From: the human T2T-CHM13v2.0 reference genome, Homo sapiens | NCBI RefSeq assembly: GCF_009914755.1 | Contig: NC_060937.1 | Direction: 5' to 3' (one strand) | DNA length: 64,000 nucleotides | Part shown: one piece after another, positions 27,583-40,600 of the stretch | Layout of the letters: each line of letters begins with the position of its first letter | How positions within the stretch are numbered: the stretch's first letter is position 1 | Notes under the pieces: generated by a model | Told to the model about the DNA's origin: nothing | The model's input: only the letters and a program-made list of their open reading frames with translations | Databases searched by the model: none | Made by a program: the position numbers and the translations under genes

Positions 27583-29864
27583 TGTATTAGTCTGTTTTCA
27601 CACTACTGATAAATATATAACCAAGACTGGGAAAAAAAAAAGAGGTTTAATTGGACTTATAGTTCCACATGGCTGAGGAGGCCTCAGAATCATGGCAGGA
27701 AGCAAAAGGCACTTCTTACCTGGTGGCAGCAAGAGAAAATGAGAAAGTAGTAAAAGCAGAAACCCCTGATAAACCCATCAGATCTCATGAGAATTATTCA
27801 GTACCGCGAGAATAGGATGGGAAAGACCAGCCCCATGATTCAATTATCTCCCCATGGATCCCTCCCACAATACGTAGGAATTCTGAGAGCTACAATTCAA
27901 GTTGAGACTTGGGTGGGGACACAGCCAAACCTATCGTTCTGCCCCTGACCCCTCCAAGTCTCATGTACTCACATTTCAAAATCAATTATGCCTTCCCAAC
28001 AGTTCCCCCAAAGTCTTAACTAATTTCAGAATTAACCCAAAAGTTTATAGACCAAAGTTTCATCTGAGACAAGGCAAGTCCCTTCTACCTATGAGCCTGT
28101 AAAATCAAAAACGAGTTAGTTACTTCCTAGATACAATGGGGTTACAGGTATTCCATAAATACAGCTGTTCCAAATAAGAAATTGGCCAAAACAAAGGGGC
28201 TACAGGGCCCATGCAGGTCCAAATCCAGTGGGGCAGTCAAATTTTAAAGCTCCAAAATGATCTCCTTTTATTCCAGGTCATGCTGATGTAAGAGATGGGT
28301 TCCCAAGGTCATGTAGGTACAAGAGATGGGTTCACATGGTCGTGGGCAGCTCCTCCCCTGGGGCTTTGCAGGGTATAGCCTCCCTCCCGGCTGCTTTCAC
28401 AGATGGCGTTGAGTGTCTGTGCCTTTTCCAGGTGCACAGTGCAAGCTGTCAGTGGATCTACTATTCTGGGGTGGAGGATGGTGGCCCTCTTCTCACAGTT
28501 CCACTAGGCAGTATCCCAGTAGGCACTCTGTATGGGGTCTCCGACCCTACATTTCCCTTCTGCACTGCCCTAGCAGAGATTCTCCATGAGGGCCCTCCCC
28601 TGCAGAAAACTTTTGCCAAAGGCGTGCAGGTGTTTGCATACATCTTCTGAAATCTAGGCAGAGGTTCCCAAATCTCAGTTCTTGACTTCTGTGCACCCAC
28701 AGGCTCAACATGTGGAAGTTACAAAGGCTTGAGTCGTCTAACCTCTGAAGTCACCGCCTGAGCTATATGTTGGCCTCTTTCAGCCACAGCTGGAGCAGCT
28801 AGGACACAGGGCACCAAGTCCCTAGGCTGCACACAGCATAGAGACCCTGGGCCTAGCCCACTAAACCACTTTTTTCTCCTGGGCCTCCAGGCCTGTGATT
28901 GGAGGGACAGCCATGAAGGTCTCTGACATGGCCTGGAGACATTTTCCCCACGGTCTTAGGGAATAACATTAGGCTTCTTGCTATTTATGCAGATTTCTAA
29001 AGCTGGGCTACAAATTTTCAAAACTTTAATGCTCTACTTCTCTTATAAAACTGAATGTCTTTGACAGTACCCAAATCACCTCTTGAATGCTTTGTAGCTT
29101 AGAAATTTCTTCCACCAGCTAACCTAAATAAACTGTCTCAAGTTCAAAGTTCTACAATCTCTATCACAATCATAAAATGCCACCAGTCTCTTTGCTAAAA
29201 CGGCAAGAGTCACCTTTGCTCCAGTTTCCAACAAGTTCTACATCTCCATCTGAGACCACCTTAGCCTGGACCTTATTGTCCATATCACTATTAGCATTTT
29301 GGACAAAGCCATTCAGCAAGTCTTTAGAAGTTCCAAACTTTCCCACATCTTGCTGTCTTCTTCTGAGCCCTTCAAACTGTTCCAATCCCTGCATGTTACC
29401 CAGTTCCAAAGTTGCTTCCACATTTTCAGGTTTCTTTTCAGCAACGCCACACTCTACTGGTACCAATTTACTGTATTTGTCCATTTTCACACTGCTGATA
29501 CGGACATATCCAAGACTGGGAAGAAAAAGAGGTTTAATTGGACTTACAGTTTCACATGGCTTGGGGAGGCCTCAGAATCATGGCAGGAGGTGAAAGGCAC
29601 TTCTTAAATGGCAGCAGCAAGAAAAAAATGAAAACATGAAAGAAATGAGAAGATCCAAAGATAAATTTCAAAGATCACAAAAGTGTAAACCCCTGGTAAA
29701 CCCATCAGATCTCGTGAGACTTTTTCACTATCATGAGAATAGGATAGGAAAGACCAGCCCCTTGATACAATTACCCACCCCTGGGTCCCTCCCACAACAT
29801 GTGGGAATTCTGAGAGCTACAATTCCAGTTGAGCTTCAGGTGGGGACACAGCAAAACCATGCCA
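27583..29864 (-). mobile_element. Full-length THE1A provirus (LTRs 27583-27936 and 29472-29864)
   Basis: THE1A-type gactgggaagaaaaagagg and cagaatcatggcaggagg..aaaggcacttctta; perfect TSD ATAGG at 27578-27582 and 29865-29869. Confidence 0.95.
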
Positions 29865-31424
29865 ATAGGTTTTAGTGTTTACCTCCTACTGCTATTCTGC
29901 AGTTCCTACTTCCCTCCCCAGAAATGTGAAGGTCGAGGAGCAGTTGGTAATTATTTTATTATTTTACTTACACATGACTTTTCACTCAAGACAGCAAGAC
30001 AAATAACATTTTTTACTATGTCAATGAGAAACAACGATGTGTTTGCTGAGGGCAGTCTGCCTCCAAGTCTCTTGCAAGGTGAACTGGGACAGGCAGCGTC
30101 TTGATCGAGCGCTGAGATTTAATTCAGGGCATCTGTTGACATTACGAACAACAAAAACACATTAAGAGTAGTGTATGGGCCAGAGGTAGTCATTGGGTTT
30201 GAATTACAACAACATCACTCTTATATTATAGAACGTGGTTTGTCAGTTTCAACACAGCTGAGTTGATTGTTACATGAAACCTTATCAATATGCTTTGAGA
30301 GTGTAAAACCATTCACCCTACAGAGTAGGAGATATTTATAGCACATGAAAGGCAATGGCAGGAAGGAAATGAGATGGAATGCATGTCTATACGATGGAGA
30401 GCCACTTTAACTATTTTTCTTAGTACAGCATAAGTTATCTTTAACCACACTGAAATCATGGCATTGTGGTGCATATAATGGGAGAAAAGACAATCGTGGG
30501 CTAAATTAACAACGATTGAGTTTGGCTACCACGAATGAGCGGGCATAGAATCAAGATCCTTGAAAAGCCGCTTTGAAAACTGCACCACACATCTTGTTGT
30601 TATCAACAAGATATTGATATGAATGAAGTGGACAAAAGACTTGGATTGCTGCAAGATTCAGTTCTCCCCATGCCTCGCTCCTGCCCTGCTCCATCTGTTA
30701 GAAGCAGGGATGTTCATTTGCTCACACGAATATTTCATCTCCTGAAAAAACACATGCCTCCGATGCATTTAGAAAAGATAGGAAGAGATGTGGCCCAAAT
30801 AACTTTAGCTCATGCATAGTTAATACTAACACTCGATATCAAATGGGCTAAAGGTCATTTTTGTGTATCAGGATCACATCCACCAACAGTGAGAGAAACT
30901 CTGACTTGCAGTAGGTTAAACTACATGTGATTATTTTCATGCCTAGGCCTGAATGAAGCAGTCCAAGGAAGGTTTAGCTGATGAGGGATGGCATCCAGAA
31001 GCCAGAGTGCTGCCCTCTTCCTGTTCTTTGTGCTTCCTGACAAAATTCCAGGGTCATCTCTGAGTTGCTGACAGAGAGGGTTTGGATGGCTTGGAAGTCC
31101 TGCCCTCCACTGAACTTTCTATTTGGAAAGGGACACTCCTCCCAGAAAACTTCCATTAATAAATTCTTGGACAAAATGTTATCAAATGGCCCTCCCTGCC
31201 TAGAGAGTGGCTAGAAGTACCGTATATTTAGCTTTCTAGATTTTAAGTAGGGAAAGGTAAGAAATAATGCATTTGAGAACAGATACTGTGTAAGGGAAAT
31301 TGCAGTATTTGCCACTCTGAATATGATTTTAAAGCCTAGACAAAATTAATAACTTCTTGAAAACTATTTTGGGATGCTATCCATTAATTCAGAATATAAG
31401 CCAAAGTGTAAAAAAATTTAACTA

Positions 31425-31665
31425 TGAGATAAATAAATTCTGGAGAACAAATATACAGCATGATGACTATAGTTAAAATAATGTATTGTATACTTGAAAT
31501 TTGTTAAGAGAGCAGATCTGTGTTCTTACCACACACAAGAACATGGTAGCTATGTGAGATGATGGATATGTTAATTAGTTTGATTATAATAATCACTTCA
31601 CAATGTATACACACATCAAAAATATGTTGTACACCATAAATATATGCAATTATATGCATATATTT
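31425..31665 (+). mobile_element. L1MA (MA8-10-like) 3' end fragment
   Basis: tacagcatgatgactatagttaaaataatgtattgtatacttgaaattt...gatggatatgttaattag. Confidence 0.85.
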
Positions 31666-33166
31666 TTTTCAGAAGATATTATGGTAAAAATATACCAACG
31701 TATGTTAAAATCCTTGGTTTCAAAGTTATTTTTTGGATCTTTTGAAAGCAATACTTTTTTCACAACCGTCTTTCTATGTGACCTCTTTCCCAATAGAAGA
31801 GGTTATTTATATAGTTGGTCCATATAAATTAGAAAAAATGTTTGACATTGAAATAATAAATGAAAAAAATAATGGTGGATTTGGACTTGGAAAGCAAAAG
31901 TTGTAGTGCAGAGTAGCACAGAAATGATAAGAATAAAGAGTAACAATTTATATTCTTAAATGTGATTAGTTATAAAATGTAGCTGTTACCCAAACCCAAA
32001 CTGATTAAAAGTCTTTAGGTTTTAGAACAAATATGCATTAAGAGTCTATTCAGCCAAGTAAATGCATAAATGTGATGTATCCATCATATACATTATATAG
32101 GTAATATAAAGAGAATTCATATCCATCTAGGTATCTAGGTATCTATCTGTCTGTAAATCTGTAATAGTGGTTCCATAAAAATGTTTCAATATGTTTGTTG
32201 TAAATTGCATTATTTATTAACACTAAGAGAATAAATAGAGCCTCACAGGTTTGCCATGACTGGCAAGATGGTCAGGTCCCTGCTCAGTGCTCTTTTTTCC
32301 CTTCAGTTGTTTATAGAGCTCACATAGAGATTAGAGACAGATGTTCCATCCAACTGTGATCTACAGAGGTTATCATTGCTTTTGGACTCTCTATGATCAC
32401 AAGCTCAGATAAGGCAGACATACATGGGCAGTGCCAAGTCTTGGTCTGATGACCCAGCTCTTCTTAACAGAGTATAAGTCATGAACAATACATCAATATT
32501 CATCCATTTTATTAAAAAAAGATGTTTAGACTAAGATATTCGTCTGTTGGCTTGAAGGTATGTCATAGCTGGAATGCCCGCATCACCAGCTTAGAGTTAC
32601 GGAGTAAAGTTCTGTTTCCTGATTATTCAATTTGATGCTATTTTCAGTTTTTTATGCCAAGATGGTACATTATTTCCTGGGCCTGTTAATGGATGTCTTT
32701 TTTAGGCATGTCCAAAGTCATCTAGAATTGCTTACAGATTCAAAAGATTAAAGCACACTATTAATATCAGATAATTTGTTAATCCAACACAAAGATTAAT
32801 TTGTTAATCTTTTCTCCACTAAAGTAGAAAGCCATCCCTTAAGCCCAGGCAGTCTGGACAATTCCTGCTCTCTACTGATATTGCTAAACAGAGCATTACC
32901 TAAGGCTATTAAATGAAGGCATTTTCTACCATTGTGCATTCATCATGGACCCCCAAAACTTCCTGCTCTAACATTTGACTCCAAGCAGGAACATAGCCCT
33001 TTTCATTATCTACTCCAAAGCTTGACTGAGATATATTTTAGCACCGAAAAAAGAAAATACCTTTAATATCTGTCTATTCCATCCAAAAGCCTCAGTGAAA
33101 AACGCATGAGTCTAGGATAAATTTCTCTTTTTGAAATCATTTACCTTTCTTCAAAAACAAAACCAA

Positions 33167-33470
33167 GGCTGGGTGTGGTGGCTCACATCTGCAATCTCAG
33201 CAATTTGGAAGGCTGAGGACTCAAGGAGGATCCTTTGAGCCCAGGAATTTGAGACCAGCCTGGGCAACCTTGTGAGACCCCGTCTCTACAAAGAATACAA
33301 AAATAAAAAAACAAGCTGGGTGTGGTAGCCTGCGTGCTACTTGAGAGGCTGAGGTGGGAGTATTGCTTGAGCCCAGGAGATTGACACTGCAGTGAGCCAT
33401 GTCAGAGCCACTGAACTCCAGCCTGGGCAACAAAGCCAGACCCTGCATCAAACAAACAAAACAAAAACAG
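33167..33470 (+). mobile_element. AluJ
   Basis: ggctgggtgtggtggctcac...ttgagcccaggaatttgagaccagcctgggcaac...; (CAAA)-type tail; probable TSD aaaaacaaaaccaa/aaaaacagaaacaa. Confidence 0.95.
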
Positions 33471-33719
33471 AAACAAGTTAAATGCATATCACTTTCTATT
33501 ACTAAACAGAACACTTAATATTTTTGTATGACTACCTCTTACTATATTCTTCAAAAACAGTGTGTACCTGCCTTATACTTAGATAAGAGCATGTCCTAAT
33601 ACATCCACACGCACACAGAGAGAGGCATACACAAATATAATTTACACTTCACTGATAAAAATTTTACTGTGAAAAAGAAGTACTGTATATGACCATTCAC
33701 TGTGAAATACCCAAACATG

Positions 33720-34208
33720 GCTCTGTATACCAGCTGTTCTGCCCTCAGCACTGTGACCTCCCCTGTGAGTACTGTTCATTGCAGCCCCCTGCCATGCTGT
33801 GAACAGGCCAGACACACCCCAGTTAACGCCTTTGTAGGCCCCATCTCTGACTAGAACCTACTCCCCGAGATTCCTGTGTGGCTCCACTCCTCAGCTCCAT
33901 GGCTTTGCTCATTGCCCCTATCTCCATAGACCACCTGGTGACCTTATTTAATACTGCAGCTCATGCCCTCTCATTGCACTCCTGAGGCCACCATCTTGAC
34001 CTCCTCTAACTTTCCATAGCACTTATCATCTTATCAATGGATATATAATTGATTGATTTGGCTTATTATTTCTCATTTGCCTTTCATCTCACCTGAACAT
34101 AAGCTGTTCTCTTTGTTTGTCCTCTGATGTAGCCACAGTGCCCTAAATAGTGACTGGACTATCATTAAGTCTTTATCAAATATTCGTAATGAATGAATGA
34201 ATGAATGA
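33720..34208 (+). mobile_element. L2a 3' end with (ATGA)n tail
   Basis: ttccatagcacttatcatc...ataagctg...caaatatt...aatgaatgaatgaatgaatga. Confidence 0.8.
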
Positions 34209-34819
34209 AAAAAATTCCTCACAGTCCATTTTCACTGTTGCCTATTTCAGAAGTTTTCATCAAGATCATTCATTAGGAAATCAAGAAGCCTTGTATATTA
34301 TAGATGTACATACTGAAAGAGCAACAGGGAGAGAGAGAAAAAGGTCATTTATGGACCAATGATGACAAAGGATTGTGCTTTATCTACTCTGTGTATTTAG
34401 GGTATAATAAAGGAAATAAAGATTATTAAAAAAAAAAAGCGAAAAACAAGAAGCCCATCATTGCATTGCATGTGTTTTAATCTGCTGATTCTGTGCCTGA
34501 CGGTGATGAGGTTTATCTGATGTAAGTGATTCAGTGTAGGTCAGGTCCTAGAACGATTTGCCTGGTATTAGACCTATCCAAGGAAGGTTACTGGGCTCAC
34601 CAACTTTCAAACTAGCCATGGAACAATGTGATAAAGCCAACCTATTCACCTTCCAAGCAATGCTCAGATCAACGAGCAGGCAGCAGTGGCCAGTGCAACG
34701 AAGGGACTCTCAGAGCAACTGGAACAAGTGAGTGGGATAGAGCATTTTTCAGGGAGCGCCATTCGCAGGGAATTCAACATTGTGCGGGACGCATCCTGCT
34801 CAACCACACCCACCTCCAC

Positions 34820-34990
34820 CTCGGAGCCACACTTTGCCGCTTTCCAACCTTTGGGTCCTTGGGCAATAGTTACATCTTCTAAGCCTCAAATATCTTTCCT
34901 ATAAAATGTATCACTCTTTTATAAGTCACTTTGAACATACTGTCAGCCTGGAACAAGTAAAATACTCAATGTAAATGCTAAGCATACTGA
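34820..34990 (+). mobile_element. MIR fragment
   Basis: ccttgggcaatagttac...aagcctcaaat...ctataaaatg...gcctggaac..gtaaaatactcaat. Confidence 0.55.
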
Positions 34991-35734
34991 TAATGTTTTT
35001 GCAACAGAAATGAAAGTAAGATTGTTACTTTTAAGAAAGCAATTCTGTACAGAAGTTGGAAAACGACTATTTTTCAGATAGAAAAAGGCCAAAGTTAGCT
35101 TTCATAATGTACTTCAGCATCTAAAATGGAATTCTTAAGTCAAAATGGGGGCTTAATTATTTCAGCACTCAGAATAATGCATTTCCTGGCCTGTCTGCAG
35201 TGTTGTTTTGTTTTAGAATCTAAAGTAATTTAGGAAACTATTATGCCGTTGTGAAATCATTTATTTTTCTTTTATCATCGTCAGATTAGGTTGAGTTGCT
35301 CTTTGTGAAGAAGACTGATTTATCATCATTAAATCCATCCAGTTGTTCACAGGTCGCAGATCATGTGAGGAGAGTGGAGGTGGAAGTGACTCTTTTATAA
35401 AAGGCACACTTTGGAGTCCTGTAGGTAAATGTCACAGTGACAGAGATGTTAGTTTGGCAAGACTGCAAGTCCTGTAACTGTGTGCACCTGTGCCAATTAC
35501 AGTTCTCATATAGGAGACAAGAGAAAACACAAGGAGGCGTTGCAGTTGAATTTACAGCAGAAGAGGAAACGGCTTCTTATTGTATTGCACTTATGGTAAA
35601 CAAATTCTCCTCATACATGACCTGACCTATATTGTGCTCTTATAAGATATAAGATAAAACGATCACAGAAATCATTCGAGGAAGGTAAACCAAATTTTAA
35701 AAATTCATACTGAATTAATTTTAGCTGTATACTT

Positions 35735-36935
35735 TTAAAGTTTTATTGTACAAATTATTTCAAACACATGGAAAAGCAGAAAGAATATTGTAACAGATGC
35801 CTATACAGTTTTAACTCAGATAAAAATAAAGGTAAAACTGTGTGGCAATTACCTCAGCTTTTTAAATGCAATTAAATCTTTGTAAGTTCATTTTTTTTCT
35901 ACTTCCTTCCCTTCTTTTTTAGAGGTAGCTTCTATTCTTAAGTTGATTTTTATCTTTGTCTTTATTGGTTGTTGATATCTAGAAAAATGTGTAGTATTTT
36001 TACCTTTTTAAATATAAATGCTGTTGTAATATCAGTATCTTCTTGCAGCTTGCTTCTGTAATAAATCTTGTTTTCAAAATTTATTTGTTTGGGTACATAA
36101 AGATCAAGTTCACTCATTTTAGCTGCTTTTCTTTGTTACAATTTTTGGCAAATCATTTATTCACTCTCCTAATTTCCACGTTGGCATTAATGCAAATTAT
36201 ACCCTAAGAATAACACTTAGATACACTTCTCTTTCTGCATATGTAGGATTACTTTTATGGCATGTAATTCTAAAAGTGGAATTGTTGAATCTGCAACTTT
36301 TCCAAATATTGCCAAATTTCTCTCCAAAATGGCTTCAGCAAATTATACTTGCACTAGCAACATATGAATTTCCATATCTCTGCAACTCCATCCAGTCTTG
36401 AAATTATCACACTTAATATTCTACCTATTAGCTGGTGTCTCAATGTTGTTTTAATTCACACTTCTCTGATCATAAGTGAGGTTGGCATCATATTTTACAT
36501 CTGTATTTCTTAGCCCCATACTTTGTGGAAAAATACAATTGTGTGTATATCTTGCATACAAAGGTATTGAGAGCTTTAAAACTCCAATGTGTATTACCTT
36601 GATTAGGAAGTCATCTTACATGTGGATAACCATATGTATACATTGCAATATACTTGGAAATAAAATATATTTCATAGTGCTAAGCAAGTCAAAGTGCCCA
36701 TTATATTACCACACTAAATATTATTTAGATAGGTTAATGTATTTTTATCCTTATATGCATTGCTATGTTGAGGCTATATTATTTTTATTTTTCATTTATG
36801 TATTATAGGCATTATAATGTTATTTATGGTTCTTAAGCACTATATAATGGGTATGTAAGATTCCATTAAGACGATATGAGGTAATTCTCAACCATTCATC
36901 TATTGTTGAAAGAGAGTGAATCCAGGTTTGATATT
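35735..36935 (-). mobile_element. Old L1ME-like fragments
   Basis: ttttattgtacaaattatttcaaacacatggaaaag...aaaagtggaattgttgaatc...attgccaaatt..tctccaaaatgg...aaccattcatctattgttg. Confidence 0.65.
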
Positions 36936-37081
36936 AAGGGCTTTTTTTGACAGGTAAAATTATGATTATTTTTACCTTACATTTTTTAAAGGGAGAAACA
37001 AAACAAAAAAGAACAGAAAAGAAATACAGAGGGTAATTTTTATTTCAAAATTAAGTTTTGGCTACTTATTTTACCACGTGG

Positions 37082-37107
37082 GTGTGTGTGTGTGTGTGTG
37101 TGTGTGT
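37082..37107. repeat. (TG)n microsatellite
   Basis: Pure GT run. Confidence 0.95.
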
Positions 37108-37553
37108 TGCAGGGCGGGGTTAGTCTGTATTTTTCATAATTCCTAAATAATAAGAATCAGCAGCAATGTTTTTGGTTTTTCTCTGCTTAGTTATTACTAA
37201 TAATAAAAACGCTAGCCTGGTTGATTGCCCTGTTTCATAAAATGGAAGCATTAAATGTATGCTTTTATTTTCATCATTGAGGCCAAGGTAGAAAAATAGA
37301 TAATAGTAACATGTGATACATATTAATCCCCATAATTTACATTAGTTCAAATTTGAGGAACTATGAAGTCTCAAAGTCTTTATTGCTTAGACTAAGGTCC
37401 TCCACATAAGGAGAGGAGAGAAAACAGCCGAAGAGAAGAAGCAAGGTTACATCAAGTCTTACTAAATGATGGCTACCAGTTTTTCCTTTCTCTGTAAGGA
37501 TAAGTAAGAGAAGTCAGAGAGTCTCAGAGTGGTTGTGAAATTCTATTCTGCTT

Positions 37554-37678
37554 GGAGAATGGCGTGAACCTGGGAGGCGGAGCTTGCAGTGAGCCGAGAT
37601 CGCGCCACTGCACTCCAGCCTGGGCGACAGAGCAAGACTCTGTCTCAAAAAAAAAAAAAAAAAAAAAAAGGAAAAAAG
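37554..37678 (+). mobile_element. Severely 5'-truncated AluY (93-bp body plus poly-A)
   Basis: AluY-diagnostic ggagaatggcgtgaacc...ggagcttgcagtgagccgagatcgcgcc; perfect 17-bp TSD gaaattctattctgctt at 37537-37553 and 37679-37695. Confidence 0.95.
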
Positions 37679-40600
37679 GAAATTCTATTCTGCTTACATG
37701 GGGCTGCATTAACTAACCTCTCACTGCTGCACTGTGGCGACTCTCAATTATTGACAATGTCATTTCTGTCTGAAGATCCTTTTGTCATTTCAGGCACCTC
37801 TGTAGTCAGTGTGTTGGTTGAGAACTGGGCTTCTTTCCAGAACAAAATGAACATTAGGCATTTTATCTTTTTTTTTTTTTTTCGTGGCGACTTTTAATGG
37901 CATGTAAAGGGCATATTACCAGTACAAATAAAAATATCTGGCCTATAGCTTTGCTTATAAAATGTATGTTCCATTTTTAGCATAGAAAGAAACATTATAA
38001 AATATCTTGTCTTCTCTAAAGATATTTCTGTTTTTGCTTATGATTGAGACACTAAAGGTATCCTTTTTGGTGGGATCCATAACGTGGAGAAATCTGTCTG
38101 ATTATGATTTGGATTAGAATGTTTGAAGTCTTATCTAGACTGTACTACTTGGTCATCATTTTTCTTGATAGTTTTTATTTTTTAATTTATGAACAATGCA
38201 AAAGAATGGATGTAATAGTTTACATACACATAAAGAAAGATGGAACACTCACGGTTTAAGATCAAGCCCACTAACAAAGGGCATCAAATTGTGGGGCCTG
38301 AGGGAACTACAGATAAATAGTCTAGGCCCAGGGCCCCACCAGACTGAAAAGAATGGGTTTTTTCTGCAGTTTAAGTCCAAGGTGATGAACTCCAGTGGTA
38401 CCTTTTGCCTGTAGAGAGATGTCCTCTTGAGACAACCAGCCCAAACGCAGCTGATTGCTAGTTCTAACTGAGAGACAAATAAATGTTTTCATAGCAAGTG
38501 ATTCTGCCTACAAACTGAAAATAGTCTTCAGCATTTGGTCCTCCAAGAGGGAATGCTGGTCTCTTTAAACAATTCTACTTGTCAATTCTGCCCCTACAAC
38601 CACGTTGAAAACTATTCTGCAAGCTCAATATAGCTCTGGCAAGAGAGCCCTATAAAAAGCCTTTTATCTCCTTAAAACAAGGAGAAACAACTGTTTTACG
38701 TACTCATATTCTACGTCCCCTTGCATCTTGATTTTAGATTGCATCCATTATCACTTCCAGTGTTTACACAGGTGAGGGCTGCCAATGTTACTAAGAGATT
38801 ATCTCTTCATATTTTATAAACTTAAGTAAGAAGTGCTTACAAACAATACATGGCTGAGGTTTGAGAGCAATAGTCACACTACACAATGTTCACTTATTTT
38901 TTATGCCCTTCACACCCAAGGAAGCAGCAAACAATGTTATTATAAATTGCTTTTGCATGGGTCAATAATGTATTTGACTCTGCATTGGGCTGCTAAATCC
39001 TCTCTTCTTATGAGTATCTTAAAGTGCTTTAAGTTTGGTTTGGACATTTTCTATTTGTATTTTGTTCCCAGGTTCTGAAATACCATTTTTCAATCTGTGG
39101 GTCCTGTCCTTTGCGGGGTGGTGATATGAATTTGATAGGTAGTGATTAGCTTTCCTTCAAAGTGAGAAACCAGGACAAAAAAAAAAAAAACAACAACTGG
39201 AGTGCCTACCACATGGGAAAATCAATATTATTTCAAGAAACTTTTGTTTAACGGATGTATATAGATTTCTGTACTGATGTCCTAGGTCTTGTTGCAAAAT
39301 GTATATTTGTTATGAATAAGAAGAAGAAAAAGTTTGTAATCCACTGCTCTAGGGCATTTTATCTTCTATATTTAAATAAATAACTTTTATTCACATAAAC
39401 ACATTTATTTTTAGCTGAACTCTAATAACATGGTACATTTTGTTTGACAGCTTGATATTCCTTTGTGTTCTCCCCATGGATATTTTTCACAATTCAAAAA
39501 AAATTCAATAGCAATTACTCAACATCAAAATGTCATTATCACTGCTCATCCTTCTAATTTTGTTTGAAGAGTCCTCTCTTTCATAGTATTTGCATTCCAT
39601 TGGCTCTTTCTTCCATTTCCCTGCATTTCCTTTTCTAAGTGTCATTTCTGCCTACCGTTTAAGAATGGGTCAACTTTGGAATGAAGGGAGTTTATTTAGG
39701 ATTCATTCTAATTGACAATAAGTAGCCTGGGGATTTAGCTGCCACAGCTGTCCCTTATTAGATCATAGTTCAGGTCATCAAATTAAAATAAGCTGTCCTA
39801 AATTCTGCACTGTACAAGGGAAGAAAGAGAAAGCATTAAGCCCTCTGCAAAAGCCCTTTAGAGTGAATTATGTTGATGGTTTGTGTAGAGAATGGGCCAG
39901 ATGACAGCTAAGTTAGAGCAGCCTGTCACTGCAGCTAATACTCACGTGTCATGTGTTACACTGGGGCACCACTGAGGCTTGCAGTTGACTGGCTGTCAGC
40001 TTTGGTTCAGAAGGTCAAGGTGCACAGGGTGAAGCCCTCTCCATGCTTTCAGAATGCTGCTCTGAGCCTTCAGTTCCCAAAGTCTAGGATTTGTAAATTA
40101 TGGAATGTTATGGGTCTGTGTGTAGAGTTTTAAATCACTGTCTGGTTTGGAAGCTGTTTTATTTTTACCCACATTTTTATAGATGACTTACCTGGGAGAA
40201 AGATACACCTAAAAATAATTGATATTGAGAAATGCTGCTGGGCAATGGCATATAAGGTTGCATGCTAACGGGGAACACCAATTTCTTGCTGCCATGTTCC
40301 CTAATAATTTTACATTTGTTTATAAAAATATAAAAGCACTGCAGATTGACACTATTGGTATAGGCATTTTACATCAACTAAATATGCTCCCCTTCTTCTG
40401 TTTCCAATCCCAACTGAAAACTAAAGGCGTGAACAAGATCTTAAAGAAATAGACTATGGTGGGATGAGGCAGTGGGGGAGGCAAGCCTAAAAGCGTGCTA
40501 TATATTTTTTTTCTTTAGTCTGACAAAAAATAAATGATAACAGATAAAAGAAGATCATTGAGATTTACTCAAGCAACTCTTAAAGTTCATCAAAACAGTT

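Noticed and set aside
30591-30612. 9-bp hairpin atcttgttg-ttat-caacaagat
   Set aside because: Short enough to occur by chance in 64 kb of AT-rich DNA
34680-34845. Locally CpG-richer patch with 72-84-aa ORFs
   Set aside because: Far too short for a CpG island, overlaps a MIR edge, and has no convincing splice sites or protein similarity
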